From an uncultured Bacteroidota bacterium (GTDB lineage Bacteria; Bacteroidota; Bacteroidia; Bacteroidales; GCA-2748055): a stretch of 64,000 nt of DNA. The notes beneath the pieces are model-generated. The model had not been told where the DNA came from. It searched no databases and saw only the letters and a list, made by a program, of their open reading frames with translations. Positions 9,932 through 18,873 of the stretch are shown piece after piece (within the stretch, counting starts at the first letter, position 1; each line of letters opens with the position of its first letter). The stretch lies in contig CAWANQ010000011.1 of assembly GCA_963783435.1 (NCBI GenBank), positions 12,808 through 76,807 of the forward strand, written 5' to 3'. The position numbers and the translations under genes are program-made.

Positions 9932-11056
9932 ATGGGTATTGTTGTAAAACCTGTCTCCACCAGGCAGGAAATGAGAAAATTCATTCATCTTCCTGCAAAG
10001 ATTCACAAAGGGCATAAGAACTGGATTCCTCCCCTATATTCTGATGAGTGGGAATTTTTTAGTGCAAAAAAGAACAAATCTTTTGGATACAGCAGTGTGA
10101 CTATGTTGCTGGCTTATCGAGGTAGTAAAGTGGTGGGCCGAATTATGGGGATCATTAACCACAAATACAATGAAACGCATGGAGAAAGGAATGGCCGTTT
10201 CAATTACCTTGAAACCTGGGACGACAGAGAGGTGATCGAGGTACTCATTAAGCATGTGGAGGATTGGGCCCGTAAGGAAGGAATGGAGAGGATGGTAGGA
10301 CCGCTGGCATTCTCAGACAAGGATCCCCAGGGTTATTTGATCCAGGGATTTGACGAGCCCATCTCAATTGCCACCCATTGTAATTACGAGTACCTGATTG
10401 GTCACCTGGAAGCACTGGGATATGTGAAGGATATCGACCTGGTGGTTTATAAGATTCAGATCCCGGATCATACACTGAAGTTTCACAGGCTGGTCACAGA
10501 ACGGGCATTTCAAAACAATCCCAATTTAAAATTGTTGGAGTTTACCCGTCGCAAGGACTTAAAGCCATGGATCAGACCTATTTTCACTCTGATTAATGAG
10601 ACCTTTACAGAGATTTATGGTTTTATGCCATTTACCCTGGAGGAGATGGACGATTTTGCAAATCGCTATCTGCTGATCATGGATCCACGCCTGATCAAGG
10701 TGGTTGTGGATGAGAAACAGGATCCAGTGGCATTTGTGATAGCCATGCCTGACATCAGTGAAGGAATCAAAAAGTCAAGGGGCTACATTCTGCCCATTGG
10801 GATTCTTCATATTCTCATTGCCGGACGAAGAACCAAACAATTGAACCTGTTGCTTGGTGCTGTGCGTCCCGACTACCAGAACAGGGGTCTGGATATTGTG
10901 GTGGGGGCCGCTGTTCTGGAATCGGCCAGGAAGCAGAAAATGAAGTTCCTGGATAGCCACCTGGAGATGGAAAGCAATACCAGGGTGCGCTCTGAGATGG
11001 AACATATGGCAGGTAAGGTCTATAAAACCTACCGGGTATTTGGGAAAACCCTCTAA
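9932..11056 (+). CDS. GNAT-like N-acyltransferase family protein (function unknown)
   Basis: 374 aa. It resembles the long Bacteroidota GNAT-like proteins (VVGRIMGIINHKYNE..., C-terminal NRGLDIVVG loop). Confidence 0.6.
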   Translation: MGIVVKPVSTRQEMRKFIHLPAKIHKGHKNWIPPLYSDEWEFFSAKKNKSFGYSSVTMLLAYRGSKVVGRIMGIINHKYNETHGERNGRFNYLETWDDREVIEVLIKHVEDWARKEGMERMVGPLAFSDKDPQGYLIQGFDEPISIATHCNYEYLIGHLEALGYVKDIDLVVYKIQIPDHTLKFHRLVTERAFQNNPNLKLLEFTRRKDLKPWIRPIFTLINETFTEIYGFMPFTLEEMDDFANRYLLIMDPRLIKVVVDEKQDPVAFVIAMPDISEGIKKSRGYILPIGILHILIAGRRTKQLNLLLGAVRPDYQNRGLDIVVGAAVLESARKQKMKFLDSHLEMESNTRVRSEMEHMAGKVYKTYRVFGKTL

Positions 11057-11208
11057 AATATTTTGATTTCTTTACAGAAGGGCCTACTTTTGCTGAATAT
11101 TCTACGAAAACATGAGGATTATTGGAAATATAACTGTGACCCCATCCCCGCTCTTCTAAAGCGGGTTCGTCACTCTGTTTCTTTCTCTAACCAGTAATTC
11201 TCAATTCA

Positions 11209-12645
11209 ATGTCATATATAAGCTACAAATCCAGATTTTCTAAATCATCATTGCGCGAATTTTTCCAGGATTTACGTGAGGCCATCGGTGGTTCTGAACG
11301 TGATTTCACCAAGATTCCTTTAAGCAAGTCCATCATATTGCTCAGTATTCCCATGGTGCTGGAGATGATTATGGAATCGGTATTTGCCCTGGTGGATATA
11401 TTTTTTGTCTCCCGGCTTGGAGCCGAAGCGGTAGCCACTGTAGGGATAACTGAATCGTTGATGACCATCATTTATGCCATCGGAATTGGACTCAGTGTGG
11501 GAACCACTGCGCTTGTATCACGCCGGATTGGAGAGAAGAGACCGGAGGAGGCAGCTGTAGCAGCTGTGCAGGCTGTTTTTACGGGAATTGTTGTGTCGCT
11601 TGTATTCTCAGCTGCAGGTATCTTTTTTGCAAAGGACCTGTTGAGGTTGATGGGAGCTTCTCCTGAAACCGTGGAGATGGGTTACATGTACCCTGGCATC
11701 ATGCTGGGAGGGAATATGGTGATCATGCTGTTATTTATCATCAATGCCGTCTTCCGAAGCAGTGGGGATGCAGCCATCTCCATGAGGGTCCTGTGGTTTG
11801 CCAACATCCTGAATATAGTTCTTGACCCCTTGCTTATTTTCGGTATCGGCCCCTTTCCTGAACTGGGAATCAAAGGAGCCGCTGTGGCCACCAATATTGG
11901 AAGGGGTGTGGCGGTGATCTACCAGCTCTACCTGCTTGGAAGTGGAAAATACCGTGTGAAAGTACATGCAAAACTGATAGTGATCAAGTTCAAGGAGATG
12001 GCAACCCTTGTAAAACTCTCATTGGGAGCCATCGGTCAGTATATCATTGCCACATCTTCCTGGATCTTTATGGTGTGGGTGGTCACCAGCCTGGGGGAAG
12101 AGGTGGTGGCAGGGTATACCATCGCCATTCGGATTTTCATGTTCGTTTTACTCCCTGCCTGGGGCTTGGCCAATGCTGCGGCCACACTGGTGGGACAGAA
12201 CCTGGGGGCGGGTCAGCCCGACAGGGCTGAGAAAGCAGCCTGGACTGTGGGAATTGCCAATATGATTTTCCTGGGATTGGTCTCTATTGTTTTTATTGCC
12301 ATTCCAGATTCATTTATTGGGTTATTTATCGATGGATCGAAGGATGTAGTGGTGATGAGCAGCGGTTCAACCGTCCTGCGTTTGCTTGGTTTCACCTTCT
12401 TTCTTTATGCCATGGGGATGGTCATGGTAAACTCAATCAATGGAGCAGGTGATACAGCCACTCCCATATGGATCAATTTCATTGCTTTCTGGCTGATAGA
12501 GATCCCACTTGCATACCTCTTTACAATAGTGATGGGCCTGCATATCAATGGAGTCTGCTACGCCATCATCATTGGAGAGGTGGCCATGACACTTATTGCC
12601 ATGGCCGTATTCCGCCGGGGAAAGTGGAAGTTGCAGAAGGTATAA
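11209..12645 (+). CDS. MATE family efflux transporter
   Basis: 478 aa with 12 TM helices. The N-terminal LLSIPMVLEMIMESVFALVDIFFVSRLG pattern is typical of NorM/MATE. Confidence 0.9.
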   Translation: MSYISYKSRFSKSSLREFFQDLREAIGGSERDFTKIPLSKSIILLSIPMVLEMIMESVFALVDIFFVSRLGAEAVATVGITESLMTIIYAIGIGLSVGTTALVSRRIGEKRPEEAAVAAVQAVFTGIVVSLVFSAAGIFFAKDLLRLMGASPETVEMGYMYPGIMLGGNMVIMLLFIINAVFRSSGDAAISMRVLWFANILNIVLDPLLIFGIGPFPELGIKGAAVATNIGRGVAVIYQLYLLGSGKYRVKVHAKLIVIKFKEMATLVKLSLGAIGQYIIATSSWIFMVWVVTSLGEEVVAGYTIAIRIFMFVLLPAWGLANAAATLVGQNLGAGQPDRAEKAAWTVGIANMIFLGLVSIVFIAIPDSFIGLFIDGSKDVVVMSSGSTVLRLLGFTFFLYAMGMVMVNSINGAGDTATPIWINFIAFWLIEIPLAYLFTIVMGLHINGVCYAIIIGEVAMTLIAMAVFRRGKWKLQKV

Positions 12646-12647
12646 TA

Positions 12648-12780
12648 GGTAGAAGGTAGAAGGTAGAAGGTAGAAGGTGATTGGTGATTGGTGATTGGTG
12701 ATTGGTGATTGGTGATTGGTGAGTGGTGAGGGTTGATTGGTGATTGGTGATTGGTGATTGGTGAGGGGTGAATGGTGACA
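12648..12780 (+). repeat. heptamer array A: 19 in-phase units, (GGTAGAA)4 then (GGTGATT)6 and variants
   Basis: Counted directly. It starts 3 nt after the MATE stop. Every unit carries TAG or TGA on the + strand, and the whole array contains a single C. Confidence 0.95.
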
Positions 12781-13047
12781 GCTGGCTGCGCCAGATTAGA
12801 AAAAATGAGAGGAGCCGGTTGCAGAACCGAGGCGAATCGAAGATCGGCGAAGCCAACCCGAGCTCGATGAGGCCAAAGGCCGAGTCAAATGTGACCGGCT
12901 TTTCACTTTCTGTAAAATTGCGTAACTTGCAACAGATATGAATCCTAACATCAAACATATCAACCTTTACCATTCCTACGGAATTGGTCTCTACGAGTGC
13001 TGGATGTTCTATCATTAGCACCCGTGGGCAGGCAGCGTGATTTTTGC

Positions 13048-13126
13048 ATCACCACCCACCCCTCACCCCTCACCGCTCTCCACTCACCACCCACTATCCA
13101 CTGAGTACTATTTACTACCCACTATT
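13048..13126 (-). repeat. heptamer array B (about 11 units, G/T-rich strand is the minus strand)
   Basis: The + strand reads catcaccacccacccctcacccctcacc...ccactatccactgagtactatttactacccactatt. It ends exactly at the ATG at 13127. Confidence 0.9.
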
Positions 13127-13921
13127 ATGATTACCTATTTTGATATCAAACGCTTTGCGGTCCATGACGGACCAGGAATCCGCACCACGGTATTCCTGAA
13201 GGGTTGTCCTTTGCGTTGCTGGTGGTGTCACAATCCTGAGAGTCAGGCCAAAGAGCCATTTACCATAGATATCGAGAGAAGGGTAAATGGGAGAAGTGTA
13301 CCTGGAAAGAAAACTTATGGGGAGCAGATAGATGGTGCCGATCTGATGGAGACCATCCTGAGGGATCGTCATTTTTACGAAGAGTCGGGAGGGGGAGTTA
13401 CTTTTTCGGGCGGTGAACCGCTGATGCAGTTAAATGAACTGGCTGAACTTCTTATAGCCTCCAGGCTCAATGGCCTGCACACTGCTGTGGATACAAGTGG
13501 CTTTGCAAGGAGGGAGGATTTTGAGCGAATTTTGGGTAACACCGATCTTTTTCTGTACGACCTCAAGCACATGGATCCGGAGCTGCATAAAAAGTATACG
13601 GGGGTGGATAATAAGCTGATCCATGCCAATGCAGACTATCTTCTGAATATTGGAGCCCATGTGATCTTCAGGATTCCTGTGATTCCTGACGTAAATACCT
13701 CCAGCGATGAGGTGGCCCGGATGATTGGGTTTCTGAACGAGCGTTCTGAAGTGGTAAAAGAGGTTCATTTGCTGCCCTATCATCGCATTGCGGAGAACAA
13801 GTATTTCAAATTGCGAATGAAGCAGCCGCTTCAAAAGGTAAAGGAGCCCGATCAGACCTTTATGGAGCAATTAAAAAAAGAATTTGAAAACAGCGGACTG
13901 GAGGTAGTCATTGGTGGGTAA
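13127..13921 (+). CDS. glycyl-radical enzyme activating protein (radical SAM, PflA family)
   Basis: The radical-SAM cluster motif GCPLRCWWCHNPE is present, and the protein starts MITYFDIKRFAVHDGPGIRT. The track start at 13037 would translate repeat array B, so the ATG at 13127 (in frame, +30 codons) is preferred. Confidence 0.9.
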   Translation: MITYFDIKRFAVHDGPGIRTTVFLKGCPLRCWWCHNPESQAKEPFTIDIERRVNGRSVPGKKTYGEQIDGADLMETILRDRHFYEESGGGVTFSGGEPLMQLNELAELLIASRLNGLHTAVDTSGFARREDFERILGNTDLFLYDLKHMDPELHKKYTGVDNKLIHANADYLLNIGAHVIFRIPVIPDVNTSSDEVARMIGFLNERSEVVKEVHLLPYHRIAENKYFKLRMKQPLQKVKEPDQTFMEQLKKEFENSGLEVVIGG

Positions 13922-13953
13922 ACCTTTGATCACCTTTTTGAAAAATATTTGAA

Positions 13954-16317
13954 ATGACAGAACGGATTGTAAAACTAAGGGAGGAGAGCCTCCAGGCAGT
14001 CAACCGCCTTTCGGCAGAACGCGGGATTTTGGTTACTCAGTTTTATCAGGGATTATCTGCTACACAGTACTCCATTCCTGTTCAGCGGGCCAAAGCCTTC
14101 GAGTACATACTGCAACATAAGGCCATCTGTATCAATGAAGGTGAGCTGATTGTAGGTGAACGAGGTCCGGCTCCCAAAGCCACACCCACCTACCCTGAGA
14201 TAAACCTTCATTCCCTGAAGGATCTGGATATTCTCGACAGTAGAAAGAAGGTCTCCTTTAAGGTGGACTCCGAAACCCGCAAGGCCTTCCAAGAGACAAT
14301 TATTCCATACTGGACGGGTAAGACAAACCGGGAGCGGATTTTTAATAACCTTGAATCCAATTGGCTGGACGCTTACGAGGCGGGTATGTTTACCGAGTTT
14401 CAGGAGCAGCGGGCTCCGGGTCATACGGTGCTGGGAAGTAAAATCTACCGGCAGGGTATGACAGATATCATTGAAGAGGTCCGGAGCGCGATTTCCGGCC
14501 TGGATTTTCTGAATGACCCGGAGGCCTACGACAAGAGGGAAGAGTTAAAGGCGATGGAGATCACTGCAAGGGCTATCATTATGTATGCAGAAAGGCATGC
14601 AGTCCGCCTGGAAGAACTGGCTGTCCTGGAACAAAATTCTGAGCGAAAGCAAGAGTTGCTGAATATGGCCCATGTTTGCAGAAGGGTTCCCGCCCAGGCC
14701 CCCACAAATATGCATGAAGCACTCCAATACTATTGGTTTATCCACCTGGGAGTTATTACCGAATTAAATCCCTGGGACTCTTTCAATCCCGGTCGATTGG
14801 ATCAACATCTTTTCCCATTTTACACAGCCGATTTAAGTTCAGGCAGCTTAACCCGGGAGGGTGCAGTGGAACTGCTGCAGTCCTTCTGGGTGAAGTTCAA
14901 CAACCATCCCTCCCCGCCCAAGGTGGGGGTAACTGCTGAAGAGAGCAATACCTATACCGATTTTTGCCTGATCAATGTGGGAGGGTTAAAAGCCGATGGA
15001 TCCAATGCGGTCAACGAACTCAGTTTTGTGATCCTGGATGTGATTGAGGAGATGCGTCTGCTTCAACCCTCATCCATGGTGCAAATCAGCAAGAAGAATC
15101 CGGACAGCTTTGTGGAGCGCACCGTAAAGATTGTAAAGACCGGATTTGGACAGCCCTCCATTTTTAATACGGATGCAATCGTTCAAGAATTGGTTCGACA
15201 GGGCAAGAGCCTTGAGGATGCCCGCAATGGAGGCGCTTCCGGCTGCGTGGAGAGTGGCGCTTTTGGTACGGAAGCTTACATACTGACTGGCTATTTTAAC
15301 CTGGTGAAGGTATTGGAAGTGACCCTTCACAATGGCGTGGATCCGCTTACGGGAAAGCAGATAGGGATAAAGTCGGGCGAAGTGAAGACCATGGAATCGT
15401 TTGAGGAATTGCTTGCGGCCTTCTCCAGGCAACTAAAACACTTTATCGATATCAAGATTACCGGGAACAACCTGATTGAACGCATTTTCAGTACACATTT
15501 GCCGGTTCCCTTTCTCTCTCTTCTGATTGACGATTGTATGGCCAATGGCAAGGATTACAATTGCGGGGGAGCCAGGTATAACACCAGTTATATTCAGGGA
15601 GTTGGGCTGGGTTCCATTACCGATATGTTTGCAGCCATTGAGACCCATGTATTTAGCAAGCAGAACATGAGCATGGAGACCTTCCTGAAGGTATTGGCCG
15701 ATAATTATGAAGGGCACGACGAATTGCGGGCCGAGCTCCTCTATGAGACACCCAAATATGGAAACGATGACGACAGGGCGGACCAGCATGCCAGCTGGGT
15801 TTTCGATGCCTTTTATGAGGCAGTAAATGGACGAAAAAGTCCCCGTGGAGCCACCTACCGGATCAATATGCTGCCCACCACGAGCCATGTCTATTTTGGC
15901 AAGGTGGTAGGGGCCACCCCCGATGGCCGCCTGGCTCATGAACCCCTCTCAGAGGGAATCTCACCTTTCCAGGGTATGGACAAACTAGGGCCCACCGCAG
16001 TTCTGAATTCTGCGCTTAAAATCGACCATCTGAAGACCGGGGGAACCCTGCTCAACCAGAAGTTCACCCCTGAATTTTTTCAGGATGATCGCAGCATTCA
16101 GAAAATAACCCAGTTGATCCGCAGCTATTTCAGAATGGACGGCCACCACATCCAGTTTAATGTGGTTTCTGCAGACACCCTGCGCGATGCCCAGAAACAT
16201 CCGGAGAAGTATCAGGACCTGATTGTGCGTGTGGCCGGCTACAGCGATTATTTCAACGACCTGGGGCCTGAGCTGCAGGACGAGATCATACGCCGCACCG
16301 AACATAGTAGTACTTAG
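13954..16317 (+). CDS. hypD: glycyl radical enzyme (PFL-like), probable trans-4-hydroxy-L-proline dehydratase
   Basis: 787 aa with the glycyl loop VRVAGYSD (G762) and the thiyl loop GCVE (C431/E433). It is paired with an activase. The substrate call rests on remembered HypD active-site positions that match at a constant offset (see findings). Confidence 0.85.
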   Translation: MTERIVKLREESLQAVNRLSAERGILVTQFYQGLSATQYSIPVQRAKAFEYILQHKAICINEGELIVGERGPAPKATPTYPEINLHSLKDLDILDSRKKVSFKVDSETRKAFQETIIPYWTGKTNRERIFNNLESNWLDAYEAGMFTEFQEQRAPGHTVLGSKIYRQGMTDIIEEVRSAISGLDFLNDPEAYDKREELKAMEITARAIIMYAERHAVRLEELAVLEQNSERKQELLNMAHVCRRVPAQAPTNMHEALQYYWFIHLGVITELNPWDSFNPGRLDQHLFPFYTADLSSGSLTREGAVELLQSFWVKFNNHPSPPKVGVTAEESNTYTDFCLINVGGLKADGSNAVNELSFVILDVIEEMRLLQPSSMVQISKKNPDSFVERTVKIVKTGFGQPSIFNTDAIVQELVRQGKSLEDARNGGASGCVESGAFGTEAYILTGYFNLVKVLEVTLHNGVDPLTGKQIGIKSGEVKTMESFEELLAAFSRQLKHFIDIKITGNNLIERIFSTHLPVPFLSLLIDDCMANGKDYNCGGARYNTSYIQGVGLGSITDMFAAIETHVFSKQNMSMETFLKVLADNYEGHDELRAELLYETPKYGNDDDRADQHASWVFDAFYEAVNGRKSPRGATYRINMLPTTSHVYFGKVVGATPDGRLAHEPLSEGISPFQGMDKLGPTAVLNSALKIDHLKTGGTLLNQKFTPEFFQDDRSIQKITQLIRSYFRMDGHHIQFNVVSADTLRDAQKHPEKYQDLIVRVAGYSDYFNDLGPELQDEIIRRTEHSST

Positions 16318-16440
16318 TGGATAGTAGTACTTAGTGGATAGTAGTACTTAGTGGATAGTAGATAGTAGATAGTGGATAGTGGATAGTGGATAGTAGTACT
16401 TAGTGCATAGTGGATAGTAGATAGTAAATAGTGGGTGGGT
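16304..16440 (+). repeat. array C: 17-mers ATAGTAGTACTTAGTGG (x3, plus 1 variant) interleaved with ATAGTRG heptamers
   Basis: Counted directly. It begins inside the last 4 codons of the glycyl radical enzyme (GRE), and the stop TAG at 16315-16317 is part of the first unit. Confidence 0.95.
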
Positions 16441-16495
16441 TTTCGCTTTAGATCACTATCTTGCATTGACCATATTACAATGTTTGATAGCCCGT

Positions 16496-17734
16496 ATGAT
16501 GCAACTGCAAAAGAATAGATATTTGAGAAACCTCCTGTACCTGTTGACGGCCCTATTTATGACGGTCTCCTGTGATATGCGGACAGGTCAGATTCTGCGC
16601 GGAGTAAGTTTTCTTCTTGATTCGGTGGAAATGGCCCATGCCTCCGATACACGTATTTCTTACTGGAATGTATACCTGCAAGGAGACGATGGAGTTTACT
16701 CCGTGCAGGGTGAGGTGGTCAGCAAAGCAGCCTATGATGCGCTGGACAGGCAACTGAAACAGCAATTTCCGGTTGTGACAAACGAGGTGCTGCTCCTAAC
16801 AGAGGATGGAAGCGGGGTGAAGGTAAACGGGCTTATCAATAATTCGGTGGCAAATTTTCGTGCCGCGCCCGGCAGCCGTAATGAAATGGTCACGCAGGCC
16901 TTGCTGGGTACTCCCGTCAGGATCCTGAAGGTGGAGGATGGCTGGGGGCTGGTGCAGACCCCCAATGGCTACATGGGTTGGGTGAATGACTCGGAGTTTT
17001 ATGCCATGGATCCGAAGGAAATGGCTGGTTTCAGGGAGGCACGGAAAGTTATATACACAGAACAATACGGAAGTTCATATACCAGTCCTGATGAAAACTC
17101 CATGCCAGTTTCCGATCTGGTGTTGGGCTGCATGTTATCTGTAGTATCGAGTGAGGCTGGATTTATCCAGGTTCAGTATCCCGATGGTCGCCTGGCCTGG
17201 GTAAAAGGGGAGGAGCTTGTTGAAGCAGAGGAGGTATTTAATCGCTCGCTTACAGAGGAGGGCCTGGTGGAGGCTGTATTGGAATTTAACGGGATACCCT
17301 ACCTGTGGGGAGGATCCTCTTCTAAGGCCATCGATTGTAGTGGACTAACTACCAATGTGTTTTTTATGAATGGAACCCTGCTGCCCCGGGATGCCGATCA
17401 GCAAGCGCTCTGTGGAAGGGAGATTAGCACGGAATATGATGATGAAAATCTGATGCCTGGTGACCTGCTCTTTTTTGGCAGAAAGGCCAGCGAGGAGCAA
17501 GCTGAATCTGTAATTCATGTGGCCATCTACCTGGATGATAGTGAGTTCATTCATGCTTCAGGCTACCGGGACAGGGTGAGTGTCAACAGCATGGATTCAA
17601 CCCGTGAAAACTATATCCCGGATTATCCTGAAATTTTTGTGAGGTCTGTCAGGATTCTGGGTGAAGAGCTGAAAGGTTTTGAACCCATCACACAGAACAT
17701 ATTCTACAAAGAGATTATCCATACCACTGAATGA
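16496..17734 (+). CDS. NlpC/P60 family peptidase with SH3b domains (YkfC-like gamma-D-glutamyl-L-diamino acid endopeptidase)
   Basis: The catalytic-Cys context is SSSKAIDCSGL, with a His in VIHVAIYL. Upstream SH3b-like repeats include NFRAAPG...GWVND. A lipoprotein-like N-terminus LTALFMTVSC is present. The ATG at 16496 is preferred over the TTG at 16466. Confidence 0.8.
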   Translation: MMQLQKNRYLRNLLYLLTALFMTVSCDMRTGQILRGVSFLLDSVEMAHASDTRISYWNVYLQGDDGVYSVQGEVVSKAAYDALDRQLKQQFPVVTNEVLLLTEDGSGVKVNGLINNSVANFRAAPGSRNEMVTQALLGTPVRILKVEDGWGLVQTPNGYMGWVNDSEFYAMDPKEMAGFREARKVIYTEQYGSSYTSPDENSMPVSDLVLGCMLSVVSSEAGFIQVQYPDGRLAWVKGEELVEAEEVFNRSLTEEGLVEAVLEFNGIPYLWGGSSSKAIDCSGLTTNVFFMNGTLLPRDADQQALCGREISTEYDDENLMPGDLLFFGRKASEEQAESVIHVAIYLDDSEFIHASGYRDRVSVNSMDSTRENYIPDYPEIFVRSVRILGEELKGFEPITQNIFYKEIIHTTE

Positions 17735-18867
17735 AAAACGGAAGAAGAAATTTCTTAAAGAGCGTGGGTGCAGTCTCTCTGGCTGCCACGCTTCCAGCGG
17801 CTGTCTGCCACAGTAAGACAAAGGGTTCGCCCCCGGTAATTCCAAGCGGGAAAATGAAACTGAGTTTCCATAGCTATGAACTTCAGTTGAGGCATACCTT
17901 TACGGTATCGGGATTTTCCCGGGATACCACACCCGTTGTTCTGACTACCATTGAATATGAGGGTTTCACCGGCTATGGTGAGGCCTCCATGCCTCCCTAC
18001 CTGGGCGAATCACAGGAATCTGTGATCTCTTTTTTGAAAAAGGTTGATCTGGGACAGTTCAAAGATCCCTTCCTGATGGATGAGATCCTGGAATATGTGG
18101 ATTCTGTGGATGATGGAAACAGGGCTGCCAAAGCCTGCATTGATATTGCACTTCATGACCTGATGGGAAAGATGGTGGACCAACCCCTCTACAAGCTATG
18201 GGGTCTCAATCCCCGGGATACCCCCATGACCTCATTCACCATTGGAATTGATACGCCTGAAGTGGTTAAGCTGAAGACCGAAGAAGCTGCCCGGTTTAAG
18301 GTATTGAAGGTGAAATTGGGTGGGGGCAACGACCGGGAGATGATTGAAACCGTAAGGTCGGTGACCGATGTTCCCATCTATGTGGATGTGAACCAGGGTT
18401 GGAAGGACAAACAAAAAGCGCTGGATATGGTCCACTGGCTGAAGGAGCAGGGAATTGAATTTGTGGAACAGCCGCTTCCCAAAACCCAGGTCGATGACAT
18501 GGCCTGGCTTACAGAGCGGAGTCCATTGCCCATCATTGCAGATGAGGCTTTTCAGCGGCTGGCCGATGTGGCTGCTTTCAAAGGGATCTACTCGGGGATC
18601 AACATCAAACTGATGAAGAGCACCGGGCTCAGGGAGGCTCATAAAATGATCACCGTGGCCCGGGCCCTGGATATGAATGTGATGATCGGATGCATGACAG
18701 AGACATCCTGCGCGGTGTCTGCTGCGGCGCAGCTTTCGCCCCTGGTGGATTGGGCCGATCTGGACGGAAATCTGTTGATCAGCAACGACCTTTATGAAGG
18801 AGTAAAAGTGATTGATGGCAAAGTCACCCTCAATGAACTTCCCGGTATCGGGATAAAGAAAATATAG
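17731..18867 (+). CDS. dipeptide epimerase (L-Ala-D/L-Glu epimerase-like, enolase superfamily) with Tat-type signal
   Basis: 378 aa. The N-terminus is MKNGRRNFLKSVGAVSLAA. Enolase-superfamily motifs are VLKVKLG, DVNQGW, VEQP and IIADE. Confidence 0.8.
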   Translation: MKNGRRNFLKSVGAVSLAATLPAAVCHSKTKGSPPVIPSGKMKLSFHSYELQLRHTFTVSGFSRDTTPVVLTTIEYEGFTGYGEASMPPYLGESQESVISFLKKVDLGQFKDPFLMDEILEYVDSVDDGNRAAKACIDIALHDLMGKMVDQPLYKLWGLNPRDTPMTSFTIGIDTPEVVKLKTEEAARFKVLKVKLGGGNDREMIETVRSVTDVPIYVDVNQGWKDKQKALDMVHWLKEQGIEFVEQPLPKTQVDDMAWLTERSPLPIIADEAFQRLADVAAFKGIYSGINIKLMKSTGLREAHKMITVARALDMNVMIGCMTETSCAVSAAAQLSPLVDWADLDGNLLISNDLYEGVKVIDGKVTLNELPGIGIKKI

Positions 18868-18873
18868 AGCCGG

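Noticed and set aside
12593-13021. 142-aa minus-strand ORF with ...SPITNHQSPITNHQ... repeats
   Set aside because: It is open only because the C-rich strand of heptamer array A lacks stop codons. The repetitive peptide is a by-product of the array, with no start context or coding signal.
13037-13126. 30-codon N-terminal extension of the GRE activase (track start 13037)
   Set aside because: The extension translates repeat array B (PPTPHPSPLSTHHPLSTEYYLLPTI). The family-typical N-terminus MITYFDIKRF begins at the in-frame ATG at 13127.
12648-16440. Whether the tandem arrays could be CRISPR arrays
   Set aside because: The units are 7-17 nt and directly abutting, with no unique spacers. There are no cas genes in the window.
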